Of a DNA stretch of 64,000 nt, positions 21,970 through 30,885 are shown in pieces (within the stretch, counting starts at the first letter, position 1; each line of letters opens with the position of its first letter). This stretch comes from Thermoanaerobaculia bacterium. GTDB lineage: Bacteria; Acidobacteriota; Thermoanaerobaculia; UBA5066; Gp7-AA6. The position numbers and the translations under genes are program-made. The DNA lies in NCBI GenBank assembly GCA_036505815.1, contig DASXSX010000006.1, positions 9,274 to 73,273 of the forward strand. The letters are read 5' to 3'. Under the pieces are notes generated by a model that saw only the letters and a list, made by a program, of their open reading frames with translations, was not told where the DNA came from and searched no databases.

Positions 21970-23058
21970 ATGAACTTGCCCGCCCGGCGGGTCCCGCGTG
22001 ACGGGGGTCCGCCTTTTGCTGCTGCCGAGCGTGGTAGCGTAATTTCCGGAACCGGAGGAGAAAGCAAGATTCCCGACCCGAACCAGGCCGTCACGCTTCC
22101 CGATGCGGGCTTTACCGCCCTTTTCGGCATCGCCGACGAGAACCTGAGGGCCATCGAGGAAGCCTTCTCCGTGCGGCTCGCCGCTCGCGGAAACGAGGTT
22201 TCTGTCGTGGGAGCGGGGGAGGGAGAGGATGCCGCCCGCCGGCTCCTCTCGGCGTTCTCCGACCTCGCCGCAATGGGGTATCCCCTGAAGGGCAGCGACG
22301 TCGCAACCGCGATCCGCGTTCTGAAGGAGAACCCCGCCGCTTCCATCGTCGAGTTCTTCACCGAGAGCCCGTTTGGCCCGTCGTTGCGGTCCGTAGTGTC
22401 CGCCCGCAACAACAAGCAGCGCCTCTATGTGCAGACGATCGACCGGCACGACCTCGTGTTCGCGATCGGGCCCGCCGGGACCGGTAAGACGTACCTCGCG
22501 GTCGCGATGGCCGCCGCGGCCCTTCTCGAGAAGAAGGTCAAGCGGATCGTTCTGGCGCGTCCCGCAGTCGAGGCGGGCGAGCGGCTCGGTTTCCTGCCGG
22601 GTGACATGGTCGAGAAGGTCAATCCGTACCTGCGGCCGCTCTACGACGCCCTCTACGACATCCTGGGTTACGAAAGGACCGCGAAGCTTCTCGAGCGGGG
22701 CGTCATCGAGATCGCTCCGATCGCCTTCATGCGCGGCCGCACTTTGAACGACGCCTTCATCATCTTGGACGAAGCCCAGAACACGACGTCCGAGCAGATG
22801 AAGATGTTCCTGACGCGGATCGGATTCGGCTCGAAGGCGGTCGTCACCGGTGACATCACACAAGTGGACCTGCCGCAGGGCAAGACGTCCGGCCTTCGGG
22901 AAGCCCACCAGATCCTTTCCCGGATCGAGGGCATCCGGTTCGTGATCTTCGACGAGCGCGACGTCGTGCGCCACCCGCTCGTGCAGTCCATCATCTCGGC
23001 CTACGACACACTCGACCGGGAGCGCGAGTCAATCCCGCGGCCGGCCTCCGGCCGCTGA
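21970..23058 (+). CDS. phoH: PhoH-like ATPase (phosphate-starvation-inducible protein PhoH family).
   Basis: Walker A VFAIGPAGTGKTYLAVAMA, ...ILDEAQNTT..., VVTGDITQVDLP. Confidence 0.85.
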   Translation: MNLPARRVPRDGGPPFAAAERGSVISGTGGESKIPDPNQAVTLPDAGFTALFGIADENLRAIEEAFSVRLAARGNEVSVVGAGEGEDAARRLLSAFSDLAAMGYPLKGSDVATAIRVLKENPAASIVEFFTESPFGPSLRSVVSARNNKQRLYVQTIDRHDLVFAIGPAGTGKTYLAVAMAAAALLEKKVKRIVLARPAVEAGERLGFLPGDMVEKVNPYLRPLYDALYDILGYERTAKLLERGVIEIAPIAFMRGRTLNDAFIILDEAQNTTSEQMKMFLTRIGFGSKAVVTGDITQVDLPQGKTSGLREAHQILSRIEGIRFVIFDERDVVRHPLVQSIISAYDTLDRERESIPRPASGR

Positions 23059-23062
23059 CCCC

Positions 23063-25378
23063 ATGAAGACCTTCCGGCGGCGCCGCGCTCTGGCGCGCGA
23101 AACCGGCGTCGAGCCGGTGCGCCGGCGGTTTCCGTCGCCTTGGTTCTGGGGAATCCTCTACGTTCTCGTCACGACCTTCTCTTTCGCTCCGACGCTGACG
23201 TTCCGAAAAGCGCCGGTCCGTCCGGGGGCGATCGCCACCCGCGACGTCGTCGCTCCGCGCGACCTGATCGTGTCCGACCCGGAGGCGACCGCGCGCCGCC
23301 GGTTGGAGGCGGCGGCGGAAGTTCTTCCCGTCTACGACTTCGACGCCGCGGCGCCGGCGCGCTTCGAGAAGGAGCTCCGCGAATCCTTCGTGCGGGCGCG
23401 CGTCGCGCTCGCGCGGAACCGGTCCCGGGAGGTCTCTCAGGACGTCCGCGACGCGTTCCATCTGCCGATCGGCGACGAGGCGCTCTCGGCACTCGCCCGT
23501 CTCGGCTTTTCGCCCGCTCTCGAGGATCGCCTGGTCGCGATCGGACTGGAGCTCTACCGCAATGGGATCGTGGAGAACCGGGAGCTTTTCGTCGAGCAGC
23601 GCGGGGGGTTTCTCCTTCGCGACACCTCGACCGGACGCGAGCAGCGGCGGCGGGACGCGCCGGCGGCCGTCGAGTACGGCTCCGAGGCGAAGTCCGAGGT
23701 ATCGCAGCGCCTCGCCGAGACGCCGCTTCGGGAAGCGGAGCGGGCCGAGGTCGCCGCCTTCCTGGCCGCTTCGCTGCGGCCGAGCCTCACGTTCAACTCC
23801 ACGATGACGGCGCAACGGCGCGACGAAGCTTCCCGCGCGGTCGAGAGCGTCTTCACGAAGATCCCGCGGGGAAAGGTCATCGTCCGCGCCGGCGACGAGA
23901 TCACTCAGCGCACCTCGCTGTGGGTGGCCGCCGTGCGCGCGTCCGTGTCCGACCCGTCCTCCTGGATCAAGGTCGCGGGAATTCTCATCCTTCAATCTCT
24001 CGCGGCGATGGTTTTCTGGCTCGATGCCCGCCGCTACATCCGGCGCAGGCGCGAGCGTCCGGCCGACACGATCTACGCGTCGGTCGTTTGGGCGGGAATC
24101 CTCTTCGCCCTTCTGCTGCGTGGATCGTTTGTGCTCGCGCAAGGCTTCTCGTCGAGCTTCGAGGGTTCCGCGACGGCGGCGGCAACGTACTATGCGCTTC
24201 CGTTCGCAGCGGGGCCGATCGTCGCAGGCCTCGTGTCAGGAATGGGTCCGGCGCTTCTCTTCGCCGCGGCAAACGCGGTCGGGGCCGGCGTCCTCATGGG
24301 TCAGAGCTTCCCGTTCGCGCTCTTCGCGCTCGTCGGCTCGCTCGCGGGGATTTTCGCGGCCGGCAGGATGCGGGCGCGAAGCGTGCTCCTCGCCATGGGA
24401 GGGTTCGTCGCGGCAGCGAACTTCGTCTCGATCGTCGCCATAAAGTTTCTGAACGCGGAGCCGCTCCGGTGGACCTTTGCTCTGGACGTCCTGGGGGGAC
24501 TCGTCGGGGGGCTGCTCGTCTCGGCGACCGTCGGGCTGTTTCTCCCGGTCTTCGAGCACTTCTTTCACGTCACGACCGACATCCGCCTGCTCGAGCTCTC
24601 GAACCAGAACCTTCCCTTGCTGCGCAACCTGGCTCTCGAAGCGTCCGGGACGTACCAGCACGCACTGATGGTCGGACACCTCGCCGAAGCGGCGGCGGAG
24701 GCCGTCGGCGCGGACGCTCTTCTCGCGCGGGTCTCCGGGTACTACCACGACATCGGCAAGACCAAGATGCCGATCTACTTCATAGAGAACCAGTCGAAAG
24801 GCTTCAACCGCCACGACCGGCTCGAGCCTTCGATGAGCGCGCTCATCATCGCGGCGCACGTCAAGGAAGGGGTCGAAATGGCGAAGAAGGCGCGGCTGCC
24901 GGAGCCGATCGTCGCGGCGATCCGGGAGCATCACGGGACGAAGCTGATTCGATACTTCTACCAGAAAGCGCTGACGAAATCGGACCCGGGCGCGAACGCG
25001 GTGCCGGAGACGGAGTACCGCCACACCGGGCCGAAGCCGGGGACGCGCATCACGGCGATCCTCATGATCGCCGACGCCGTCGAGGCCGCTTCCCGGACGA
25101 TCGTGGAACCGACGCAGCCGAAGATCCGCGCGATGATCCAGGCGATCGTGGACGATTGTCTGCGCGACGGTCAGTTCGACGAATGCGACCTGACGATGCG
25201 CGACCTCGCCCTGATCGTGGACGCGCTCGAAAAAACCGTCACCACGATCTTTCACCACCGAATCGACTATCCCGGCTTCGACTTCAATCCGGAACGAACG
25301 CGGCGCAGGACGGAGTCGCCGCCGGCGCCCGCAGCGACCGGAGTAGCTGCGCGCCCTCCGGGACCGCGGCCGGCGTAA
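23063..25378 (+). CDS. 7TM-receptor with intracellular HD hydrolase (7TM-HD / PgpH-like HDIG phosphohydrolase).
   Basis: An N-terminal extracellular region followed by 7 TM helices and then an HD domain (HALMVGHLAEAAA...YYHDIGKTKMP...AAHVKEGVEMAKK...IREHHGT). Confidence 0.8.
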   Translation: MKTFRRRRALARETGVEPVRRRFPSPWFWGILYVLVTTFSFAPTLTFRKAPVRPGAIATRDVVAPRDLIVSDPEATARRRLEAAAEVLPVYDFDAAAPARFEKELRESFVRARVALARNRSREVSQDVRDAFHLPIGDEALSALARLGFSPALEDRLVAIGLELYRNGIVENRELFVEQRGGFLLRDTSTGREQRRRDAPAAVEYGSEAKSEVSQRLAETPLREAERAEVAAFLAASLRPSLTFNSTMTAQRRDEASRAVESVFTKIPRGKVIVRAGDEITQRTSLWVAAVRASVSDPSSWIKVAGILILQSLAAMVFWLDARRYIRRRRERPADTIYASVVWAGILFALLLRGSFVLAQGFSSSFEGSATAAATYYALPFAAGPIVAGLVSGMGPALLFAAANAVGAGVLMGQSFPFALFALVGSLAGIFAAGRMRARSVLLAMGGFVAAANFVSIVAIKFLNAEPLRWTFALDVLGGLVGGLLVSATVGLFLPVFEHFFHVTTDIRLLELSNQNLPLLRNLALEASGTYQHALMVGHLAEAAAEAVGADALLARVSGYYHDIGKTKMPIYFIENQSKGFNRHDRLEPSMSALIIAAHVKEGVEMAKKARLPEPIVAAIREHHGTKLIRYFYQKALTKSDPGANAVPETEYRHTGPKPGTRITAILMIADAVEAASRTIVEPTQPKIRAMIQAIVDDCLRDGQFDECDLTMRDLALIVDALEKTVTTIFHHRIDYPGFDFNPERTRRRTESPPAPAATGVAARPPGPRPA

Positions 25379-25424
25379 TCGCCGTGGAGCCTCCTTCGGG
25401 CGGTCCCGGCGCGAGAATGCGGAC

Positions 25425-25850
25425 ATGGAAGTCGAGATCCGGTCGAGCGCTTCCGGCGCGCCGCCGCTCGCGCGAGTCCGGCGCGTCCTCTCCGGCGCGG
25501 CAAACGCGCTCGGCGGGGAGAAGCGCGAAGTCTCGGTCTACTTCTGCGGTGACCGGCAGATGGCTGGCCTCAACCGCCGGTGGCGCCGCCGGAATCGGCC
25601 GACCGACGTCCTCGCGTTTCCCGCGGGGGAGACGGGTGCGCGGTTTCTGGGGGACATCGTGATCTCGGTGCCCTACGCGAGCCGGCAGGCGCGCCGGCGC
25701 GGAGAGTCGCCCGCGCGCGAGATGGACCGCCTCCTGCTGCACGGATATCTCCATCTGCTCGGATACGACCACGAGACCGATCACGGCGAAATGGAGGCGC
25801 TCGAAGCGAAGCTCGCGCGCCGGCTCAACATCGCCGAGAGGGCGCGATGA
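25425..25850 (+). CDS. ybeY: Endoribonuclease YbeY (rRNA maturation factor).
   Basis: HGYLHLLGYDHETD zinc-binding motif, 141 aa. Confidence 0.85.
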   Translation: MEVEIRSSASGAPPLARVRRVLSGAANALGGEKREVSVYFCGDRQMAGLNRRWRRRNRPTDVLAFPAGETGARFLGDIVISVPYASRQARRRGESPAREMDRLLLHGYLHLLGYDHETDHGEMEALEAKLARRLNIAERAR

Positions 25851-27082
25851 TTCCGCTCCTCGCGTCGGCCTTCTGTTATCTCGCGTTCCTGCTCTTCGAG
25901 AGCTTTGCGCTCGCGCTCGACCGTCTTTCCTCGATCAAGTTGCGTGGCCTGCTCGAGGAGCACCCGGAGCGCGCGCGGATCCTCTCCGGCCCGGGTGAGA
26001 TCGAGATCATCCGGACAACGACGAAAGTTCTCGTCCAGATCCTGCTGCTCGCCGGACTTCTGACCGTCGTGTCGGGCTTCCAGACGTTCGGCGTCGAGCC
26101 GGCATGGGCGTGGGGCGGCGGCGTCTTCCTGGCGGGCTGGCTGAGCTCCGAGGTCGCGCTCCTGAAGCTGGGAGGAGCCGCCGACCCCGAAAGGACCGTG
26201 GCGCGCCTCCTCCCGGTCGTTACGGCGGCGTCCTGGCTGCTCCTGCCCCTCGCGATCCCGATTCGGAAGATCTTCAACGCCCGCGCCGCCCCGAAGGTCG
26301 AGACCGATGCGACCGACCAGGAGGTCCAGGCTTACATCGACGTCGGCCGGCAGGAAGGAATCCTCGAGAAGGAGGAGGAAAAGCTCCTTCTCTCGATCGT
26401 GGACTTCGGCGACACGCGGGTGCGGGAGGTCATGACCCCCCGCACCGACATCGTCTGGATCGACGTGGCCTCTTCCCTGACGGTGCTCGCGGATCTCTTC
26501 GTCGAGTCGAAGTACTCGCGGATTCCGGTCGTGCGCGGCTCGATCGACACGGTCGTCGGCATCGTTCACGTGAAGGACACGCTCCAGTCGATCCGCGCGG
26601 GAGGTTCGCGTCCGATCGCCGACCTCGTGCGCGAGGCCTATTTCGTCCCGGAGACCAAGAAGGTCTCGGAGCTGCTCCGCGAGTTCCAGCGGCGCCACCT
26701 CTGGATGGCGATCGTCGTGGACGAGTACGGCGGAGTCTCCGGGCTCGTCACGGTGGAGGACCTCCTCGAGGAGATCGTTGGAGAGATCTCCGACGAGCAC
26801 GAGGACGAGCGGGAAGAGATCTCCCCGGCGGGGGACCAGGCGTACTCGGTCTCCGGCAAAGTCAACATCGCGAAGGTGCAGGAGCTCTTCGGCCGCGGGC
26901 CCGAGGAGGAAGAGTTCACGACGCTCGGCGGCTTCCTCGCCGCGCGGCTCGGCCACATCCCGCGGCCGGGCGAGGTCCACCGGGAAGCGGACCTGTTGTT
27001 CACCGTCGAGGAGGCGGACCGCCGGCGTGTCCACCGCGTCCGGATCGAGCCGGTCGCCGTCCCGGTCCAGCGCGGGTCTTGA
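25847..27082 (+). CDS. Hemolysin-family / CorC-like protein with CNNM (DUF21) TM domain, a CBS pair and a CorC_HlyC C-terminal domain.
   Basis: An N-terminal 4-TM region, two CBS domains and a C-terminal transporter-associated domain. ATG at 25847 overlaps the ybeY stop (ATGA). Confidence 0.8.
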   Translation: MIPLLASAFCYLAFLLFESFALALDRLSSIKLRGLLEEHPERARILSGPGEIEIIRTTTKVLVQILLLAGLLTVVSGFQTFGVEPAWAWGGGVFLAGWLSSEVALLKLGGAADPERTVARLLPVVTAASWLLLPLAIPIRKIFNARAAPKVETDATDQEVQAYIDVGRQEGILEKEEEKLLLSIVDFGDTRVREVMTPRTDIVWIDVASSLTVLADLFVESKYSRIPVVRGSIDTVVGIVHVKDTLQSIRAGGSRPIADLVREAYFVPETKKVSELLREFQRRHLWMAIVVDEYGGVSGLVTVEDLLEEIVGEISDEHEDEREEISPAGDQAYSVSGKVNIAKVQELFGRGPEEEEFTTLGGFLAARLGHIPRPGEVHREADLLFTVEEADRRRVHRVRIEPVAVPVQRGS

Positions 27083-27972
27083 AGGGGTTTCGTTCGGGCG
27101 AAGTCGCGGTCGTCGGACGGCCCAACGTGGGCAAGTCTACTCTCGTGAACCGCATCGTCGGTGAGAAGGTCGCGATCGTTTCGGACAAACCGCAGACGAC
27201 GAGAAAGCGCATCCTCGGCATCGCTCGGCGGCCTGGCGCCGAGATCGCGCTCGTGGACACGCCCGGGATCCATCGTCCCGATCACCGCATGAATACCGCG
27301 ATGGTGCGGGACGCGACCGAGGCTCTCTCGACCGCGGACCTCATCCTCCTCGTCGTGGACGCCACGCAGGAGGGAAAAGAGGGGCGCGTTCTCGAGATCC
27401 TCGCGCGCGCGAGCACGCCGGCGATCCTGGCGCTGAACAAGGTCGACCTAGTCGTCAAGGAGCGGCTGCTTCCCATGATCGCGGACTTCTCGCGCCGGCA
27501 CGGCTTCCGCGAGATCGTCCCGATCTCCGCGAAAACGGGAGACGGCGTCGACCGGCTCGCGGACCTGCTGGCGGCGAACCTGCCGGAACAGGAGGCGGCT
27601 TACCCCGAGGATTTTCTCTCGGCGACTCCAGAACCGGAGTGGGTCGCAGAGGTGATCCGCGAGAAGCTTCTCGAGCGGACCCGCCAGGAGCTGCCTTTCG
27701 CGTCGGCCGTGGTCGTCGAGCGCATGACCCACGACGACGAGCGGGACGTCACGGTCGTCTACGCCTCCATCGTGGTCGAGCGCGAAGGGCAGAAGGCGAT
27801 CGTCATCGGCCGGGGCGGCTCGATGATCCGGGAGATCGGCACAGCGGCGCGCGAGGAGCTCGAGGAGCGGTCGGGCAGTCGGTACTTTCTGGATTTGAAC
27901 GTGAAGGTCCGCGCCGACTGGCGGGACGACCAGCGGTTTCTGGCGACTTTGGTCGCAGACCCCAACCGCTGA
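27079..27972 (+). CDS. era: GTPase Era.
   Basis: FRSGEVAVVGRPNVGKSTLVNRIVG, DTPGIH, NKVD and a KH domain. TTG at 27079 overlaps the preceding stop (TTGA). Confidence 0.9.
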   Translation: MKGFRSGEVAVVGRPNVGKSTLVNRIVGEKVAIVSDKPQTTRKRILGIARRPGAEIALVDTPGIHRPDHRMNTAMVRDATEALSTADLILLVVDATQEGKEGRVLEILARASTPAILALNKVDLVVKERLLPMIADFSRRHGFREIVPISAKTGDGVDRLADLLAANLPEQEAAYPEDFLSATPEPEWVAEVIREKLLERTRQELPFASAVVVERMTHDDERDVTVVYASIVVEREGQKAIVIGRGGSMIREIGTAAREELEERSGSRYFLDLNVKVRADWRDDQRFLATLVADPNR

Positions 27973-28119
27973 ATCCGGGATACAGTCCACTCCAACGTAA
28001 CCCAAAGAAGGAGGGCTCGCATGGGACGGACTGCCCCGCTCCCAGGTTCCTTCTCCGGTTGGCGTGGAGGGCGGCGTACCGCGCACCCGCCGGCTTGTAG
28101 ATCGCTGTAATATACATCC

Positions 28120-28437
28120 GTGGAGAGAGATCTCTCCCGGCGGCTGCGGGAGGCGGTCGGATTCGATTGGGACGACGGAAATGTCGAGAAGAACTGGACG
28201 AAACATGCCGTGCGATTCACCGAGTGTGAGGAGGTTTTCTACCGTGCTCCGCTCGTCGCGCCCGCGTCGGCCCGGCGCGGCCCCGGCGAAGAGAGGTTCG
28301 TCGCCCGCGGCGAAACGGCCCTCGGCCGCCTTCTCTCCATCATTTTCACGTTCCGAGGAGACCGCGTACGGGTCATCTCCGCGCGCGACATGAGTCGGAA
28401 GGAACGTCTGGAGTACTCGCAACGTGAAGAAGGTTAA
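28120..28437 (+). CDS. brnT: BrnT-family ribonuclease toxin (DUF497).
   Basis: GFDWDDGNVEKNWTKHAVRFTECEEVF...IISARDMSRKER is a typical BrnT N-terminal motif. ~105 aa, GTG start. Confidence 0.6.
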   Translation: MERDLSRRLREAVGFDWDDGNVEKNWTKHAVRFTECEEVFYRAPLVAPASARRGPGEERFVARGETALGRLLSIIFTFRGDRVRVISARDMSRKERLEYSQREEG

Positions 28438-28816
28438 GTCGATCCCGAGGTTCCGGAGTGAGGACGAGGAGCGCGAGTTCTGGGCGACGCACGACTCGAC
28501 GGAGTATTTCGACTGGTCGCGGGCGGTGCGGGTTGTTTTCCCGAACCTTCAGCCTTCGACCCGGACGATTTCTCTGCGGCTGCCGGAGAGCCTGTTGGCG
28601 GACCTGAAGGTCCTCGCCAGCCGGCTCGACGTGCCCTACCAGTCGCTCATGAAGGTCTATCTCGCCGAGCGGGTGATGCGGGAGCTCACGCAGGGAAGGA
28701 CTCCCGAGGAGCTGGCGGCGGAGGTGCGCGAGCCAGCGGCGCCGTACGGCCGTGGCGGAAAGCCTCGGAAGCGTTCGTCGGTCGGGAGCAGGCCTCGAAG
28801 AGGAAAGAAGGCTTAG
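28424..28816 (+). CDS. brnA: BrnA-family antitoxin (CopG/RHH-like).
   Basis: SEDEEREFWATHDSTEYFDW...LPESLLADLKVLASRLDVPYQSLMKVYLAERV. It overlaps brnT by 14 nt, a classic toxin-antitoxin arrangement. Confidence 0.6.
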   Translation: MKKVKSIPRFRSEDEEREFWATHDSTEYFDWSRAVRVVFPNLQPSTRTISLRLPESLLADLKVLASRLDVPYQSLMKVYLAERVMRELTQGRTPEELAAEVREPAAPYGRGGKPRKRSSVGSRPRRGKKA

Positions 28817-30162
28817 CCTCGAACTGCCTTTCGCACCCGCTCCGACAGATCCTCGAGCGACTCGGCCAGCGCCTGACGGAGCCGCTCGATCTCCGCCGTC
28901 CAGTTCTCGTCGGCCTCGCGGCGCACCTGCTCCTCTAAGAGCGGTGCGAGCTGGAGCTTCAACTCTTCCGGCTCGCGGCGCGCCTGCGCCGCTTTCTCGG
29001 AGAGCGTACGCTGAAGCTCCTCGAGATCGCGCGCGAAAGCCGACGTCTGCTCGTCGAGCCGCTCGGCCCTCTCGCGCAGCCGTCCGAACTCCTCGAAGAG
29101 GCTCTCGTCGGCGCCACGACCGCGAGACGCCTCCGCGTCGAAGCGGTCTTCGAGCGCTTTCAAACGCTCCTCCATCCGACGCTCGAGCGACGCGAACTCC
29201 CGCCCGAACGCTTCCCGCTCTTCGCCGATTCGCTCGTTGACGCTCGCGGCCGACGACTCGGCGGCGAGCGCCTGCTGTTCGAGCCGCTCTTGAAGAGCGC
29301 GCACCTTCTCTTCGAGCTCCGCGACGGCCGGAAGTGGGATGGCCTCGACCGCCTCCGCGAAGGGCGGCTCGAGCGGTTCGGAATCCGGTTCGGCAGCCCT
29401 CGGCGCCGCGCTCTCCGTCGCCGGCTCGGCTTCCGTCGATTCCGGAACCGAGCGCACGAGGGTCAAAGGCGGACGGCGCTCGTCCGGCGCTTCGTCGGCC
29501 GCTGCCGCCGGCTCCCCGGCGGCTTCCGGGTTTCCGGCTACGACCGCGCCGGCACCCTCCGCCGGGGACCGCCCCTGCAGGCGCCGGAGCAGGTCCAAGA
29601 AAGTGAGCTTCGAGATCAGTTTGAACGTTTCCGTCACCCCCCGTCCTTCGCTGGCCACCGCCTCGACGTGCGGATACGAGGAAAAGCCGAGCGCCTCCTG
29701 CATCGCCTCGACCGACAGGATGTCGGGAAGATCCCGCTTGTTGTACTGAACCACGACCGGCGTGGTTTCGAGGGTAATCCCGTTCGCGAAGAGGTTCTCC
29801 TTCAGGCTCTGCCAGCTTTCGAGATTCTTCGGCAGCATCGTCCACTGCGAATCGGCGACGAACACGATCCCGTCCGCGCCTTTGAGCACGATCCGGCGCG
29901 TTTCGTTGAAGGCCGTCTGACCGGGAACGGTCGCAAGCTGGAAGCGGATCGTGTAGCCCTTGATGTCGCCGAGCTCGACGGGCAGGAGATCGAAGTAGAT
30001 CGTCCGGTCGGTCTCGGTCGAGAGCGCGAGCAGCTCTCCCGCGGTGCCCGGGTCCAGGCGCCGGTGCAGCACCTGGAGGTTCGTCGTCTTTCCACCGAGC
30101 CCCGGCCCGTAGTACACGATCTTCGCCGTCAGCTCGCGAGTCGACGCGTTGTAGAAGACCAT
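28813..30162 (-). CDS. MglA-like small Ras-superfamily GTPase (~195-aa G domain) fused to a ~70-aa acidic/Pro/Ala-rich linker and a ~170-aa C-terminal coiled-coil.
   Basis: The G domain is unmistakably MglA: AKIVYYGPGLGGKTTNLQVLH...STETDRTIYFDLLP...TVPGQTAFNETRRIVLKGADGIVFVADSQ...VQYNKRDLPD. There is no in-frame stop before the E/R/L-rich heptad-like tail (...LEEKVRALQERLEQQALAAE...LEELQRTLSEKAAQARREPEELKLQ...). Confidence 0.65.
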   Translation of the reverse strand: MVFYNASTRELTAKIVYYGPGLGGKTTNLQVLHRRLDPGTAGELLALSTETDRTIYFDLLPVELGDIKGYTIRFQLATVPGQTAFNETRRIVLKGADGIVFVADSQWTMLPKNLESWQSLKENLFANGITLETTPVVVQYNKRDLPDILSVEAMQEALGFSSYPHVEAVASEGRGVTETFKLISKLTFLDLLRRLQGRSPAEGAGAVVAGNPEAAGEPAAAADEAPDERRPPLTLVRSVPESTEAEPATESAAPRAAEPDSEPLEPPFAEAVEAIPLPAVAELEEKVRALQERLEQQALAAESSAASVNERIGEEREAFGREFASLERRMEERLKALEDRFDAEASRGRGADESLFEEFGRLRERAERLDEQTSAFARDLEELQRTLSEKAAQARREPEELKLQLAPLLEEQVRREADENWTAEIERLRQALAESLEDLSERVRKAVRG

Positions 30163-30306
30163 GGGAGTTCCTCGCCGCTCTCCGATTGTAGCGGACTGGG
30201 TCCGCGGCGTTCGCTTCGCGAACGGCGGACAGAGATTTCAAGCGAGGACTTTCCAGCGCGGCTCGGAGTTGCTTCCTCGCTGTTAAGCCCATAGACTCGC
30301 GCGGAC

Positions 30307-30867
30307 TTGACCGAAGCCCTCCTCCTCAAAAAGGCAAAGATCCTCGACGCGGAGCGCATCGGCCGGATGATCGACCGGATGGCGCACGAGATCGCGGAGC
30401 GCCAGAAGGACCTTCCCGGTCTCGCCTTCGTCGGGATTCGAACGCGCGGAGTTCCGCTCGCGACCCGTCTCGCCGAGCGCCTCTCGGATCTCGTGGGAAC
30501 GCCGTTTCCGGTCGGGACTCTGGACATTACTCTTTACCGCGACGATCTGTCGACCGTCGCTCCGCAGCCTCTCTTGAAGAAGACCGAGATCGAGTTCGAC
30601 CTGAACGACCGGGCGGTCATCCTCTGCGACGACGTCCTCTATACCGGCCGAACCATCCGGGCGGCGCTCGACGGAGTCATCGACCTCGGCCGCCCGCGCG
30701 CAATCCGTCTCGCGGTCCTGATCGACCGAGGACACCGTGAATTTCCGATCGAGGCCAACTACGTCGGCAAGAGCGTTCCGACGGCGCAACGCGAGGTCAT
30801 CAAGGTCATGTTTCGTGAGACCGACGCGGCCGATGAGGTCTGGATCCTGGAGAGGCCGGGGTCTTAA
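30307..30867 (+). CDS. pyrR: Bifunctional pyrimidine operon regulator / uracil phosphoribosyltransferase PyrR.
   Basis: PRTase motif AVILCDDVLYTGRTIRAAL, 186 aa, TTG start. Confidence 0.85.
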   Translation: MTEALLLKKAKILDAERIGRMIDRMAHEIAERQKDLPGLAFVGIRTRGVPLATRLAERLSDLVGTPFPVGTLDITLYRDDLSTVAPQPLLKKTEIEFDLNDRAVILCDDVLYTGRTIRAALDGVIDLGRPRAIRLAVLIDRGHREFPIEANYVGKSVPTAQREVIKVMFRETDAADEVWILERPGS

Positions 30868-30885
30868 GCAGGCATCAGGTATCCG

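Noticed and set aside
27448-28422. 324-aa ORF on the minus strand across era and the brnT upstream region
   Set aside because: It is antisense to a high-confidence era gene and has low-complexity composition.
28813-29560. Separate coiled-coil gene downstream of a stand-alone mglA
   Set aside because: There is no in-frame stop and no plausible internal start with an SD between the G domain and the coiled-coil. The opposite-strand ORFs there (28752..29240, 29339..29749) are Arg/Pro-rich artefacts. I therefore keep it as a fusion, pending read-level confirmation.
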